Below are positions 38,541 through 48,623 of a DNA stretch of 64,000 bases, piece by piece; positions within the stretch are counted from its first letter, which is position 1, and every line of letters begins with the position of its first letter. The position numbers and the translations under genes are program-made. The notes beneath the pieces are model-generated. The model was not told where the DNA came from. It made no database searches and saw only the letters and a program-made list of their open reading frames with translations. The DNA is from an uncultured bacterium (GTDB lineage Bacteria; Zixibacteria; MSB-5A5; CAIYYT01): contig CAVSCK010000002.1 in assembly GCA_963726455.1 (NCBI GenBank), forward strand, positions 32,001-96,000, written 5' to 3'.

Positions 38541-39325
38541 TTGAGCTTTCTCATCAGGGCGACAAAATCCGTAACAGCCAATTGCTCCGGCCGTATTGCA
38601 GGTGTCAACGCCAGCGAGGTAAGCAGATCGACTGCTGCTTGCTGATCTAACCTGTACTCCTCCCGCAAAATACGAACAATCGTCTTGCGGCGCCACCGGA
38701 AACAGGCGGAGGTGAGACGTCGCAGATCAGCGTACTCGGAGTCGACTATGTGTGGTTGCGGCAAACGCTCAAGGCGGATTACGGCTGAATCGACCTTCGG
38801 TTTTGGGAAGAAAGATCCCGGGCGCAGGGTGAAGACTCGTTTCACGTTGAAGAATAACTGAACAAAGATGGTGAGAGATCCAAAATCCTTCCCGCCAGGA
38901 TTCGCTGCCAGACGTTGTCCGACTTCCTTTTGAACCATCAACACGACCAGCGGAAAAGTGCTCCGGTGCTCAACTATCCATTCAATTATCGGCGAGGTCA
39001 GGTTGTAGGGAATATTGCCGACGAGTTTGGCCTCGGTGGCTGGAGATATGGCATCGGCGGGCCGGATATCCAGAATGCTGTCATGCAAGACCCGGAGATT
39101 TGTGGCGTCTCTGAATCTTGATCTGAGTCCTTCCACGAGGGCATTGTCCAATTCGACTGCCATGACTTGGGCCCCGCTGTCGACGAGATGGCAGGTCAGA
39201 TCGCCTCGGCCGCCGCCGATTTCCAGCGCAGTATCGCCCGGCCGTAACTCCAGACAAGACGCAATGCGCCTGGCGGCGTTCTGATTGATCAGAAAATTCT
39301 GGCCCAGACTCTTCTTGGGTCTCAT
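38516..39325 (-). CDS. rsmA: 16S rRNA m6,2A dimethyltransferase
   Basis: PKKSLGQNFL, LEIGGGRG, VGNIPYNLT, MVQKEV, FFPKPKVDS. Confidence 0.96.
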   Translation of the reverse strand: MRPKKSLGQNFLINQNAARRIASCLELRPGDTALEIGGGRGDLTCHLVDSGAQVMAVELDNALVEGLRSRFRDATNLRVLHDSILDIRPADAISPATEAKLVGNIPYNLTSPIIEWIVEHRSTFPLVVLMVQKEVGQRLAANPGGKDFGSLTIFVQLFFNVKRVFTLRPGSFFPKPKVDSAVIRLERLPQPHIVDSEYADLRRLTSACFRWRRKTIVRILREEYRLDQQAAVDLLTSLALTPAIRPEQLAVTDFVALMRKLKCVFCDSP

Positions 39326-40083
39326 TCGAATTCAAAGAAGGCGGTGGCGTTGCGGTCTACGATTGACTCGATCTCTTCGAAATCACGATTAAGAGTCGTT
39401 GCGAGCTTTTCATAGGCAAGTCGAATAAGGGCCGGTTCGTTGCGTGTGCCCCGGTGCGGATGCGGCGCCAGAAAGGGGGCATCAGTTTCGAGCATAATCT
39501 GTTCGAGGGGCAATTCCTTAATGATGTCCGGCAAACGCGAATTGGTAAAAGTGAGCACGCCGCCGACGCTCAAATGGAAACCGTAGTCTATGGCTCGCAT
39601 CGCTTCCTGTCGATTCCCGGAAAAACAGTGTAGTACGACGTTGGTCTGATACGCTTTTTCGTTGGCAAGAATGTCGAGCGCCTCGTCGTATGCATTGCGA
39701 ATATGAACTACCAACGGCAATCCCAGTTCCTTGGCGAGTGCAATCTGGCGCACAAATGCCACGCGTTGCTGGTCTCGTGGTGAGCGATCGCGGAAGAAAT
39801 CCAAACCGACTTCACCGATGGCGACTACTTTGTGATTATTCGCATATTCGCGCAGTTTCCGCTCGGCATTGTCATCGTATTGTGACGCGTCGTGGGGGTG
39901 GATGCCGACGGCGGCAAAGATCTGGTCATAACGCGATGCCAGATCGACGGAGTTATCAGACGACTTGAGATCACAGCCGATATTAACGATGCGGGTTACA
40001 CCGGCCTGAGTGGCACGCGCGATCACTTCCTCGCGGTCGTCGTTGTAATCGGGGAAGTCGAGATGCGCGTGTGTGTCGATCAT
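39322..40083 (-). CDS. tatD: TatD-family hydrolase/DNase
   Basis: MIDTHAHL, GIHPH, AIGEVGLD, VLHCFSG, LETDAPFLAP. Confidence 0.95.
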   Translation of the reverse strand: MIDTHAHLDFPDYNDDREEVIARATQAGVTRIVNIGCDLKSSDNSVDLASRYDQIFAAVGIHPHDASQYDDNAERKLREYANNHKVVAIGEVGLDFFRDRSPRDQQRVAFVRQIALAKELGLPLVVHIRNAYDEALDILANEKAYQTNVVLHCFSGNRQEAMRAIDYGFHLSVGGVLTFTNSRLPDIIKELPLEQIMLETDAPFLAPHPHRGTRNEPALIRLAYEKLATTLNRDFEEIESIVDRNATAFFEFE

Positions 40084-40085
40084 TG

Positions 40086-42005
40086 TCAGCTGATCGTGGC
40101 GCCGGGAGGCAAATCCTTGTCGACGGTCAGAACGGCGAGCTGTTTGCCTGATTTGGCCGCCAGCAACATGCCGTTCGAATCGTTGCCGCGTATCTTGGTC
40201 GGTTTGAGGTTGGCGACGACGATTATTTTCTTGCCGACCATCTCTTCAGGGGCATAGAACTCGGCGATACCGGCGACAATCTGACGCTTCTCTTCGCCCA
40301 GCGAAATCTGCAGCTTGAGCAGTTTCGTTGCGTCCGCAATCCGCTCGCAGGCGAGGACTTCCGCGACCCGAAGTTTGACCTTGCCAAAATCGTCGATGGT
40401 GATAATGCCATCTTCGGTTACGGCGGCTGCTGTGACAGAGGGAACGGCAGGATTGGCCGGAATCTGCAGGCGCGGAAAGACATTTTCACCGGCCACAAGC
40501 TGCGTTCCCGGTTTGAGCAGATTGGGTTTCTCGATATCCGTGATGATCGGACTGTACCCCTTGGGGAATCCGAGCATGCCAAGCACCTGCTCCGACTTTT
40601 CGGGCATAATCGGCCAGGTAAGTGATGCGGCGATGCGCACCGTTTCCAGCGATCGGTGCAGCACGGTTCCGAGCAGCGCAGTCTGGCCTTTCTTGCCGAG
40701 TTCCCAGGGCTTGTTGTAGTCGAAATAGCGATTTGCACAGCGGATCAGATTCCAGATCGTCTCGACGGCGCCAAGCACGTCAATGTTACGGATCAGTTCA
40801 ATTGCCTTGCCTGGTGTGGCGGCGAGCGCCTCGCGCAGATCGGCGCTGTGATCGTCCACCGATTCATCGAGAGGAGGTACCTTGCCATCGAAATTCGTGA
40901 AGGTCAGCTTCATGACACGGCTGACCAGGTTGCCGTAATCATTGGCGAGATCGGAATTGTATTTCTCGTACAGCCGCCGGTAGTTGATGTCGCCATCCTG
41001 ATGGAACGGAAATTGTGACGTCAACAGATAGCGGGCGCCATCTCTGCCGAAATCATGAATGAGACGTTCATTGGCGATAGCGTTACCAAGCGACTTGCTG
41101 ATTTTCTGGCCATCCAGACTGATATAGCCGTGAATGAATAAGATGTCAGGAATGCGCAGCCCGGCCGCCAACAGGATCGCCGGCCAATACACGGCGTGGA
41201 ATTTGAGAATGTCCTTTGCCATGAGATGGACGATCTGCGATTTGTTCCACCACTTGTCGAATTCGGCAGGGTTGTCCTCGAAGCCGATTGCGGTGATATA
41301 ATTCGGCAGCGCATCAACCCAGACATAGGTCTTCTGCGTCGGGTCAAAAGGAAGATCGATCCCCCAGTTAACCCGTTCGCGCGAAATCGAGAAGTCGTCG
41401 AGCTTCTGTTTGATGAGACCCAACACTTCGTTGCGGCGGCCTTCGGGCATGATGCGGAGACGGCCATCCTGTATCATCTTCTCCACCTGATCTAGATAGG
41501 CCGACAGGCGGAAGAAGTAGTTGGTTTCGCTCACCGCTTTGGGTTTGGTCAGGTGCACCGGACACAGCCCGTCGACAAGTTCTTTCTCCGTGATGAACTT
41601 TTCGCAACCGGTGCAATAGAGGCCTTCATATTTGCCCTTGTAAATAACCGGCTCGCCGGCGGGAGTTTTGGCGTTGTACAGTATCGTCAGCAGCTTCTGC
41701 ACGCCCTTCTTGTGCTTCTCGGAGGTCGTGCGGATGAAAAAGTCGTTGGAGATGCCGAGCGATTTGAAAGTCTCCACGAACAGCTTGTGATTGTCGTCCA
41801 CCAACTGTTGTGGCGTCTTTCCGGCGGCGGCAGCAGCTTCTTCGAGTTTGCTGCCATGTTCGTCCATCCCGGTCAAGAAGAAAGTCTCTTCACCGGCAAG
41901 TTCGTGAAAGCGTGCCAAAATGTCGGCCGTAATCGTGGTGTAGCCGTGACCGATGTGGAGGCGGTCGTTGGCATAGTAAATCGGAGTGGTGATGTAAAAA
42001 TTCAT
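40086..42005 (-). CDS. metG: Methionine--tRNA ligase with C-terminal tRNA-binding OB domain
   Basis: FYITTPIYY, HIGH, TGMDEHG, YVWVDAL, KISKS; C-terminal RQIVAGI..VANLKP..SNGMLLAA. Confidence 0.97.
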   Translation of the reverse strand: MNFYITTPIYYANDRLHIGHGYTTITADILARFHELAGEETFFLTGMDEHGSKLEEAAAAAGKTPQQLVDDNHKLFVETFKSLGISNDFFIRTTSEKHKKGVQKLLTILYNAKTPAGEPVIYKGKYEGLYCTGCEKFITEKELVDGLCPVHLTKPKAVSETNYFFRLSAYLDQVEKMIQDGRLRIMPEGRRNEVLGLIKQKLDDFSISRERVNWGIDLPFDPTQKTYVWVDALPNYITAIGFEDNPAEFDKWWNKSQIVHLMAKDILKFHAVYWPAILLAAGLRIPDILFIHGYISLDGQKISKSLGNAIANERLIHDFGRDGARYLLTSQFPFHQDGDINYRRLYEKYNSDLANDYGNLVSRVMKLTFTNFDGKVPPLDESVDDHSADLREALAATPGKAIELIRNIDVLGAVETIWNLIRCANRYFDYNKPWELGKKGQTALLGTVLHRSLETVRIAASLTWPIMPEKSEQVLGMLGFPKGYSPIITDIEKPNLLKPGTQLVAGENVFPRLQIPANPAVPSVTAAAVTEDGIITIDDFGKVKLRVAEVLACERIADATKLLKLQISLGEEKRQIVAGIAEFYAPEEMVGKKIIVVANLKPTKIRGNDSNGMLLAAKSGKQLAVLTVDKDLPPGATIS

Positions 42006-42012
42006 TCTGTAA

Positions 42013-42864
42013 CTAGTTCCGTATTTTGGGGCCGGCAGCAGCGAGCCGTTTTCGTTCCATCAGGTTGTAATCTTTCCAGGCCAGTTTTTCGTAACCACCG
42101 TCCTCATAGCGCAGTGTCATCGACTGATGGAAGACGTTGATTGCCTCGACCACAGCCGGGCCGAGTTTGCCATAAATCGTTGAACCGACTTCGGGAAATT
42201 TTCTGGCCGCTTCGGCGTAATGAGTCTGCTCGTACAGCAGACAGCATAATAGTCTGCCGCAGTTGCCGGAAATCTTGGCCGGGTTAAGCGACAAATTCTG
42301 ATCGCGCGCCAGTTGCGTGGATATCGGCTCGAATTCGCGAATAAAGGAATTGCAGCACTGAATCAGTCCGCAGATTCCAAATCCGCCAAGCCGCCGTGCT
42401 TCATCGCGTACGCCGATTTGCCGCAACTCGATGCGCGTGCGATAAACCGCCGCGAGATCCTTGACCAGGGCGCGGAAGTCCACGCGCTCATCGGCGGTAA
42501 AATAGAAAGTCATCTTATTGCAGTCGAATTGATATTCGACGTCAACGAGTTTCATGTCCAGACCGTGCTGACTGATCAAGTCTTTGCACTGGTCGTAAGA
42601 CTGCGTTTCCATTTCGCGGTTCTTCGCCAGTTTCTCGTGATCGTCGTAGATCGCCTGGCGGAGAATCGACTTGAGCTTCGGCGGGCGCGGGCCGATATCG
42701 GCGCTCGGCTGAATTATGTTGTGGACAAAGCCCATGTCTTCGCCGCGTTCGGCCTGGACAATGACCCATTCCTTATTGTGCAGATCGAGCGAAAACGTGT
42801 TTTCGTAGTAATCGCGGCGTGACGCCTTAAACTCGATTTCGTATATGAGTTCCGAGAGTTCCAT
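42013..42864 (-). CDS. ricT: PSP1/YaaT (RicT) Fe-S regulatory protein
   Basis: FYFTADERVDFRALVKDLA..RIELRQIGVRDEAR..GICG..CC..KISGNCGRLLCCL. Confidence 0.92.
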   Translation of the reverse strand: MELSELIYEIEFKASRRDYYENTFSLDLHNKEWVIVQAERGEDMGFVHNIIQPSADIGPRPPKLKSILRQAIYDDHEKLAKNREMETQSYDQCKDLISQHGLDMKLVDVEYQFDCNKMTFYFTADERVDFRALVKDLAAVYRTRIELRQIGVRDEARRLGGFGICGLIQCCNSFIREFEPISTQLARDQNLSLNPAKISGNCGRLLCCLLYEQTHYAEAARKFPEVGSTIYGKLGPAVVEAINVFHQSMTLRYEDGGYEKLAWKDYNLMERKRLAAAGPKIRN

Positions 42865-43025
42865 TCAATACTCCAAGGCCGTGGGAAATAGAATCGGCCT
42901 CAAGGAACTTAATTAACCCGTTCGTCAGGCCAGTGTCAAGGAATCTCTCCCGGAGCCGGTTGGGGGCTGTGTGCCTCGGATAGGGCGGAAGTTGTTACTG
43001 TGCAAGCGGGTAACGGCCCAAATGG

Positions 43026-45308
43026 CTAGAAATCGAAGGCGACGCCGGCGACGGGGAGTAGCTGCCATTGATAGAGCGGCTGAATCGACGTTGTCTTGCT
43101 GTCCCAATAGTACTGGTAGACGTTCTTGCGATCGTAAACATTCATGACGTCCAGATAGATTGACATACGTCCGAAGCTGAACTGCCGGTCGTAGGTGAGT
43201 TTGGCATCAAGGCGATTGTAGGGGGCGTAATGTGCCTGATTGAGACGGCGATAATCGAGATAGGTGTAATTGGCGGTGCGCGAAATCGGTTCGTTAATCG
43301 GCGTGTAAGGCCGCCCGCCGTTCGCAGCGAAACGAAGCGCCAGAGACCAGTGTGCCAGCGGGTGAAGATCGGTCGCAAAGTTCAGACTGTAGTCCGTGTC
43401 GAAGTCTCCGTCAATTTCCCGACCTTTGCCGTTGTTGTAGCGGGACGTGAGCAGGGCGCCGCCGGCAGCGAAATTCAGGGCAGTGCCGAAAGTTTTTTCG
43501 ATTGTCAGCTCGAGTCCCTGGCTGAATCCGTGGCCGCAGAGTTCGATTCTCCGCATTTCATAGAACTTGTAGTCGGTGGCAAAGTCGACCATCGGCCGGG
43601 TTGGCCAAATGGTGGTCACAGGGTAATTGGGATAGTTTTTGCGGTAACCGGTCAGCGTGAGCCGCAGGCCGGTGGGAAGAGTGCTGGTGGCGCCGACGGC
43701 ATAGTGCGTGGCGCGAATATAGTCGAGAGTGCGATTCTGTTTGTCGGAAGTCTGCCAGATCAGGGGCGCCGTCTGGCCGAATTCGCCTGCCGATGCAAAG
43801 AATGTCAGCGCCGGTGATACGGCGTAGCTGGCACTTAACCGTGGTGAAAACAGGGAGGCGTTGGCCAGGTCCTGAAAATCATGGCGCGCTCCGACGGTTA
43901 TTTTCAGTGCCTTCAGGACCGAGGCGGAAAGCTCGAGGTATTCGCTGAATTCCTGAATTGAAAGCTCTTCCACCTGCCGAATCCACTTCTGATTGATGCC
44001 GAATTCATCGCGGAAGTTCGCCAGACTCATGGGGTAATCGGCGTGCGTGGCCCGGTAAGAGCCGCCGAGGTTAAGCTGTATGTGCTCAGAGTACAGGCTG
44101 GTGAGATCGAAGGTCAAGCGGTGAAAACGCTCATAGGATTGGTTTATGTAATTTGCCGTGTGATTATCGAAGTCGCCTTTCATGTCATAGCGCGTATAAT
44201 TTAGCGCGTATCCGGTCTCAATAAGTGTGTTGGGCGACAAGAGAGACGTCCATCGTACACCTGAGAGTACCTGATCCTGTTGAAACGCAAATCTGCCGTT
44301 GGCATATCCCCACACGCCAGGAGGTAATTCGAATCGATCGGAGCCGGCGAGCGAAAAGAGCGTGATGCTTTGCGACGGCGATATTCGATACCCGGTCTTG
44401 ATTGAGGCGTCGGCGTATTGCGGAACTGCCGGAGCATTAAGGCGCGACTTCAGTAAGTCCAGATAGCTTTTCCGAGCATGAGCCAGCAGGTAGAGCGGCT
44501 TGGTTTTCGAACCCCATCGGACGTTGCCGCTTACTCCCGACAGATCGAGACTGGCTCCACCGCCGGTATTGATCTCCTCTCTTCCCAGCAGATCTATTTC
44601 CGCGAGACCCGATAGGCGATTCGGATATTTTACTGAGAAGTTGTTGCCCGCAAGACGAATCGCGCCCACCTGATCAGACACCAACATGCTGAACGGTCCA
44701 CCCGTCGAGCCCTGGCTGCCGAAGTGGTTGATATTCGCCGTCTCGAAACCTTCGACAATCACCACGGTTTCGGTAGGATTGCCGCCGCGAATAACGAGAT
44801 CATTTCGAAAATCGTTGGGAATTGACACGCTGGGACTCTGCTGCAGGAAACGAAATGGATCGTTGAGACTGCCCGATGCAGCGAGAAGCTGTTTGCGTTC
44901 GAAGTTCTGCACATTGTCGGCGGCGGCCTCGCGATGTGTATCGCGCTCCGACATCACGACTATGCCGTCGACAATCTTCGGCTGTACGGTGAGGAAGACG
45001 GTGTCAATCGCGTTATCTGAATCAGAGCCGGCCTTTGCCAGCGATATAGCCCGGTCAGCGTAGCCGACGAGCGACAGGCGCAATTTTGAAGGGCAGTTGT
45101 CGTAGCAAAGAAATTCGTAGCGGCCGGATTCATCAGAGACCGCAACGATGTCGCCAGATTGTGTCCGTATGTAAACATTCGCCAGGGGAGCTTTGGCCTC
45201 AGCCGAACAGACTACGCCACGCCACCGAGTGGATTCCCGGGCATTCAGTGTTGGCGAAGCGAACGCCAGAACGATAACGAAGAAACTAAGGACTTTGCCG
45301 TATTGCAT
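43026..45308 (-). CDS. TonB-dependent receptor with carboxypeptidase-regulatory-like N-domain
   Basis: Plug NDLVIRGGNPTE..NINHFG; barrel ending RLDAKL..DVMNVYDRKN..LPVAGVAFDF. Confidence 0.88.
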   Translation of the reverse strand: MQYGKVLSFFVIVLAFASPTLNARESTRWRGVVCSAEAKAPLANVYIRTQSGDIVAVSDESGRYEFLCYDNCPSKLRLSLVGYADRAISLAKAGSDSDNAIDTVFLTVQPKIVDGIVVMSERDTHREAAADNVQNFERKQLLAASGSLNDPFRFLQQSPSVSIPNDFRNDLVIRGGNPTETVVIVEGFETANINHFGSQGSTGGPFSMLVSDQVGAIRLAGNNFSVKYPNRLSGLAEIDLLGREEINTGGGASLDLSGVSGNVRWGSKTKPLYLLAHARKSYLDLLKSRLNAPAVPQYADASIKTGYRISPSQSITLFSLAGSDRFELPPGVWGYANGRFAFQQDQVLSGVRWTSLLSPNTLIETGYALNYTRYDMKGDFDNHTANYINQSYERFHRLTFDLTSLYSEHIQLNLGGSYRATHADYPMSLANFRDEFGINQKWIRQVEELSIQEFSEYLELSASVLKALKITVGARHDFQDLANASLFSPRLSASYAVSPALTFFASAGEFGQTAPLIWQTSDKQNRTLDYIRATHYAVGATSTLPTGLRLTLTGYRKNYPNYPVTTIWPTRPMVDFATDYKFYEMRRIELCGHGFSQGLELTIEKTFGTALNFAAGGALLTSRYNNGKGREIDGDFDTDYSLNFATDLHPLAHWSLALRFAANGGRPYTPINEPISRTANYTYLDYRRLNQAHYAPYNRLDAKLTYDRQFSFGRMSIYLDVMNVYDRKNVYQYYWDSKTTSIQPLYQWQLLPVAGVAFDF

Positions 45309-45533
45309 TAACTGAGTTCTCCGGGAGTTGCGAATTCCGCTGCAAGACAGATTATTTCTGGAATTGGAATCTATGCTCAATGTAATCCCTAATCGCCTTT
45401 ATTGTCAATAAAACTTCGAACAAGAATGATCGTGATTTTGTGAACTTGCCGGGAACACTTTCGCCATCATAAATGTTCATTCATGATGAAGGATGATATA
45501 CGGTTGCCGACAATTGTTAAGGAAGTGACGTTA

Positions 45534-45734
45534 ATGAGACGATTTTTGTTTATCGGTATTCCAACCATTCTGTTTGCCTCAGCAGGTTACCTCTATTATC
45601 ATTATATCGGCTGTAGCAACGGAACGTGCACTATCGCGTCGTCCCCATTTTGGTCAACGGCGTTTGGAGCTTTGATCGGCGCCTCAGTCGGATTTACTCT
45701 CTCTGATCGGAAGGACAAAGATGCCAATCTATGA
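45534..45734 (+). CDS. Small membrane protein, DUF6132-like
   Basis: GYLYYHYIGCSNGTCTIASSPFWSTAFGALIG. Confidence 0.75.
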   Translation: MRRFLFIGIPTILFASAGYLYYHYIGCSNGTCTIASSPFWSTAFGALIGASVGFTLSDRKDKDANL

Positions 45735-45921
45735 ATATTCATGCGAAGCGTGCGGCAAAGAGTTTGAATTGCTGTTGGCGCGAGAGAAACTAGCAGATCA
45801 ACAGAAGTGCCCCCACTGTTCCTCCGACCAATTAGTCCGGAAGTTTTCCGCATTCGCCAGTCCGGCAGGGTCGGGTGCAGCCAGCGCGCCTGCCCGACAC
45901 AGTTGCGGCAAGTTTACCTGA
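45721..45921 (+). CDS. FmdB-family zinc-ribbon protein
   Basis: MPIYEYSCEACGKEFE...CPHCSS. Confidence 0.9.
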   Translation: MPIYEYSCEACGKEFELLLAREKLADQQKCPHCSSDQLVRKFSAFASPAGSGAASAPARHSCGKFT

Positions 45922-45983
45922 GGTTAGTCTGATCTTTCAGGCGGTCGCCTGAATCGTAACGTCAATCAGCAGTCAATACTAAA

Positions 45984-46080
45984 TTTGTCGGGGTAGACTA
46001 ACGGCATGAGTCTGTCCGAACAAGAGATGGCTTCGTCGCTCCCAACTCACCGCACGACTCACCATTCTCCTCGCGATGAC
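45984..46080. repeat. REP-like palindromic elements in a convergent intergenic region
   Basis: Hairpin TTGTCGGGGTAGACT..AGTCTGTCCGAACAA, then GAGATGGCTTCGTCGCT...CTCCTCGCGATGAC resembling a widespread intergenic repeat; single copy in the window. Confidence 0.35.
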
Positions 46081-46119
46081 GTGTAGTGGGTGTTCGGATA
46101 TTTCGTAATAGAAAGGATC

Positions 46120-47804
46120 TTAGTTTTGCGCGGGGGCTGCCGGCTCAGCGCTTGGCGGTTCGGCCGGCTGCGTGACGCAGGGAATCGATACCGTAATCGT
46201 GGTGTTCGCTTGCGCCGCCGGGTCTACCACGATGGTTCCGCCGTGGTTGGCAACAATCCTTTTGCAGACTGTCAGGCCAAATCCATGACCGTGTTCTTTG
46301 GTAGTGAAGCGCTCACGAAATGCCTTCTTGAGATTGTCAGGGCTGAAACCTGAGCCGTTGTCGATGACCGTGATCACGAACAAACCGGCCGGTTCATCGT
46401 AGCGCGTGGTAATGGCTATCGTACCGTCACGTCGCTCGGCTCCGATGGCTTCGCCGGCGTTGTTGAGTAGATTGTACAGAACCTGCTGTAATTGTGCCGT
46501 GTCGACATAAACCTGGGGCAGGTTCGGGTCAAGACTGACGTCCAGCTTGATCAAACGGAACCGACGCTGGTGTGAGGCGAAGGTCACGATCTCGTTAATC
46601 ATGCCGTTGAGATCAGCCATCTGACGCTTGGTGACCATCTTGCCGGCGTCCGAAAGCGACTTGGTGAAGTTCTCAAAACGGCTGAGATTGCGTTTGACGT
46701 TCTCCAGGTATTTGAGCGATTCTTCCGGAATCCTGCCTTCGCTTTTCATCTGGAACAGTTCGATGTTTGAAGCAACGATCGCGATGAAATTGTTCAGCTC
46801 ATGGGCAATTTCCGAGGACATCATTCCCTGTGTTGCCGCGCGCTCAAGTCCGACGAGCCGGTCTTTGAAATCCTCCAGCCGCGTCATGGCATTTCGCGCC
46901 TCTTCGAACAAGACCATGTTGTCCAGCGAGATTGAACTCATGCTGAGAAGCACGGTCAGCAATTGACGATCCACTTCCTTGACCGTGATTTCACGCTCAC
47001 TCTTGATTGTGAGGATGAGTTTACTGTTCTCGGTAGCCGGAAGTGACGTCGACAGAAAATATCCATGCTGGCCCGCGAAGACATTCTCGATCTTGCCTGA
47101 TTCAGATTCTTGCAGGAACTTCTTGAAGATGGGGTGCTCGCTGATATTGCCCAGGTGATGTGTTTCGGTGGCAGCCAGAGTGTCAGCCGGCAGGTCGCTG
47201 GCCATTGATTCCTCGGCCTCGAGAAAATTGGATTGGCGAATATTGTCGGACGAGACCGCGCGCAGAAGTTTCGATCGGCGATCGAAATAGAGCACCGAGC
47301 CCTCTTTAAGGCCGAGATGGAAGAGGGCGAAGCCCAGTATGAGCTTGAGCAGTGATCGGCAGTCGCCGACTGTGTAGAGCGCGCTGGTAAGATCCGAAAG
47401 CTGGGACAATCCCTTGGAGCCACGCTTCTCCTGAAACTCACGACGTTTCTGCACGGCGGTGGTTACGGAGTGCCTGATCTCCTGAAGTTCGAACGGTTTC
47501 ATGACATAATCGTAGGCGCCCGCGGCAATGGCTTTCTTGGCCGTTTCGACATCCGCATAGCCGGTCATGAATATGACTCCGAGTTCGGGGTCAAGCTCAA
47601 GTGCTTTTCGAGCCAGGGCGATGCCATCCATGTCGGGCATGCGAATGTCGGTCAGGAGAAAGTCAAATTTCTCGGACTCGACCAGTCGCAATGCCTCCCC
47701 GGGGTTGGGGGTGGCGCTGATCTGACAGCCGACGGTAGAAAGCGCATCGGACGCAAAGTGCAGCACGATGTCTTCGTCATCGACGATCAGAATTTTGACT
47801 TCAT
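46120..47804 (-). CDS. Hybrid REC-GAF-like-histidine kinase; 5' end needs one extra A at ~47795 (or a CTG start at 47811)
   Basis: KILIVDDE lies upstream of the track start; LLTDIRMP; EIAHELNN; YNLLNNA; DNGSG; GHGFGL. ATG 47804 overlaps the upstream stop (TAATG). Confidence 0.88.
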
Positions 47805-48223
47805 TAGCCAGAGTGCTGAACCTCTGTTGTCGCCTTGTGGCGAGCTGCGGCTATATCTTCAATCTTATTCATCAGGTTTCTAAGTTCGGTCAGGTCAAAC
47901 GGCTTGCAAATCACCGCGACCACGCCTTCCTGCGCTGCGGCGTCAGCCAGCTTGTCGGGATAGCTGTCCGTCATAACAATCATTGTATCCGGGGCCATAT
48001 GGCGAATCTTGCGGGCAGTTATGAGGCCGTTCTGGCGGGGCATATGCATGTCGGTGATAACCAAATCGTACTTGTTCTTTCCGAACATCGTCACCGCCTC
48101 GATACCGTTCGGCGCCTTGTCCACTTCGTAGCCGTCGTTGTAGAGTACTTCCGCCAGCAGATCGCGCATGATCTCGGTGTCATCCACCACCAATATTTTG
48201 CTCACCAGCCGAGTCTTCATCAA
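47804..48223 (-). CDS. Single-domain response regulator
   Basis: ILVVDD..VITDMHMP..ICKPF. Confidence 0.9.
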   Translation of the reverse strand: MMKTRLVSKILVVDDTEIMRDLLAEVLYNDGYEVDKAPNGIEAVTMFGKNKYDLVITDMHMPRQNGLITARKIRHMAPDTMIVMTDSYPDKLADAAAQEGVVAVICKPFDLTELRNLMNKIEDIAAARHKATTEVQHSG

Positions 48224-48582
48224 TTTCCCAGGGCCTTCGTCACGGAATTGCGAATTTGCGAGATCGAAAATGGTTTCTTCAGGAAATCGGCAGCGCCGGC
48301 GCGAATGCAGTCTGACGCTGTCTCCAGCGAGGCGTACCCGGTGATAACAATAACCTGGAGGTCCTGCTTCATCTCCTTGGCGCGCCGCAATAATTCCAGT
48401 CCGTCCATCTGCGGCATTTTCAAGTCAGTGATGATTACGGAAACGTTGCTACCCTGCAGAATCTGCAATGCCTCTTCACCATCCTTTGCGCCCAGCGGCT
48501 CATAGGAGGCGAAGACTTCAAGCAGGAAATCCCGCATCACCTCTTCATCGTCCACAATGAGAATTTTCCCATGTTGCGTCAT
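48220..48582 (-). CDS. Single-domain response regulator
   Basis: ILIVDDE..IITDLKMP..ITGY..LKKPF. Confidence 0.92.
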   Translation of the reverse strand: MTQHGKILIVDDEEVMRDFLLEVFASYEPLGAKDGEEALQILQGSNVSVIITDLKMPQMDGLELLRRAKEMKQDLQVIVITGYASLETASDCIRAGAADFLKKPFSISQIRNSVTKALGN

Positions 48583-48623
48583 AAGGGGCTTTACCTTGTC
48601 TCGAACAAGACGTAGTTCGTCAG

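Noticed and set aside
47790-47811. Programmed frameshift or CTG initiation for the hybrid kinase
   Set aside because: A missing A in a homopolymer after a TAATG-coupled ATG is simpler given the other indels; CTG cannot be fully excluded.
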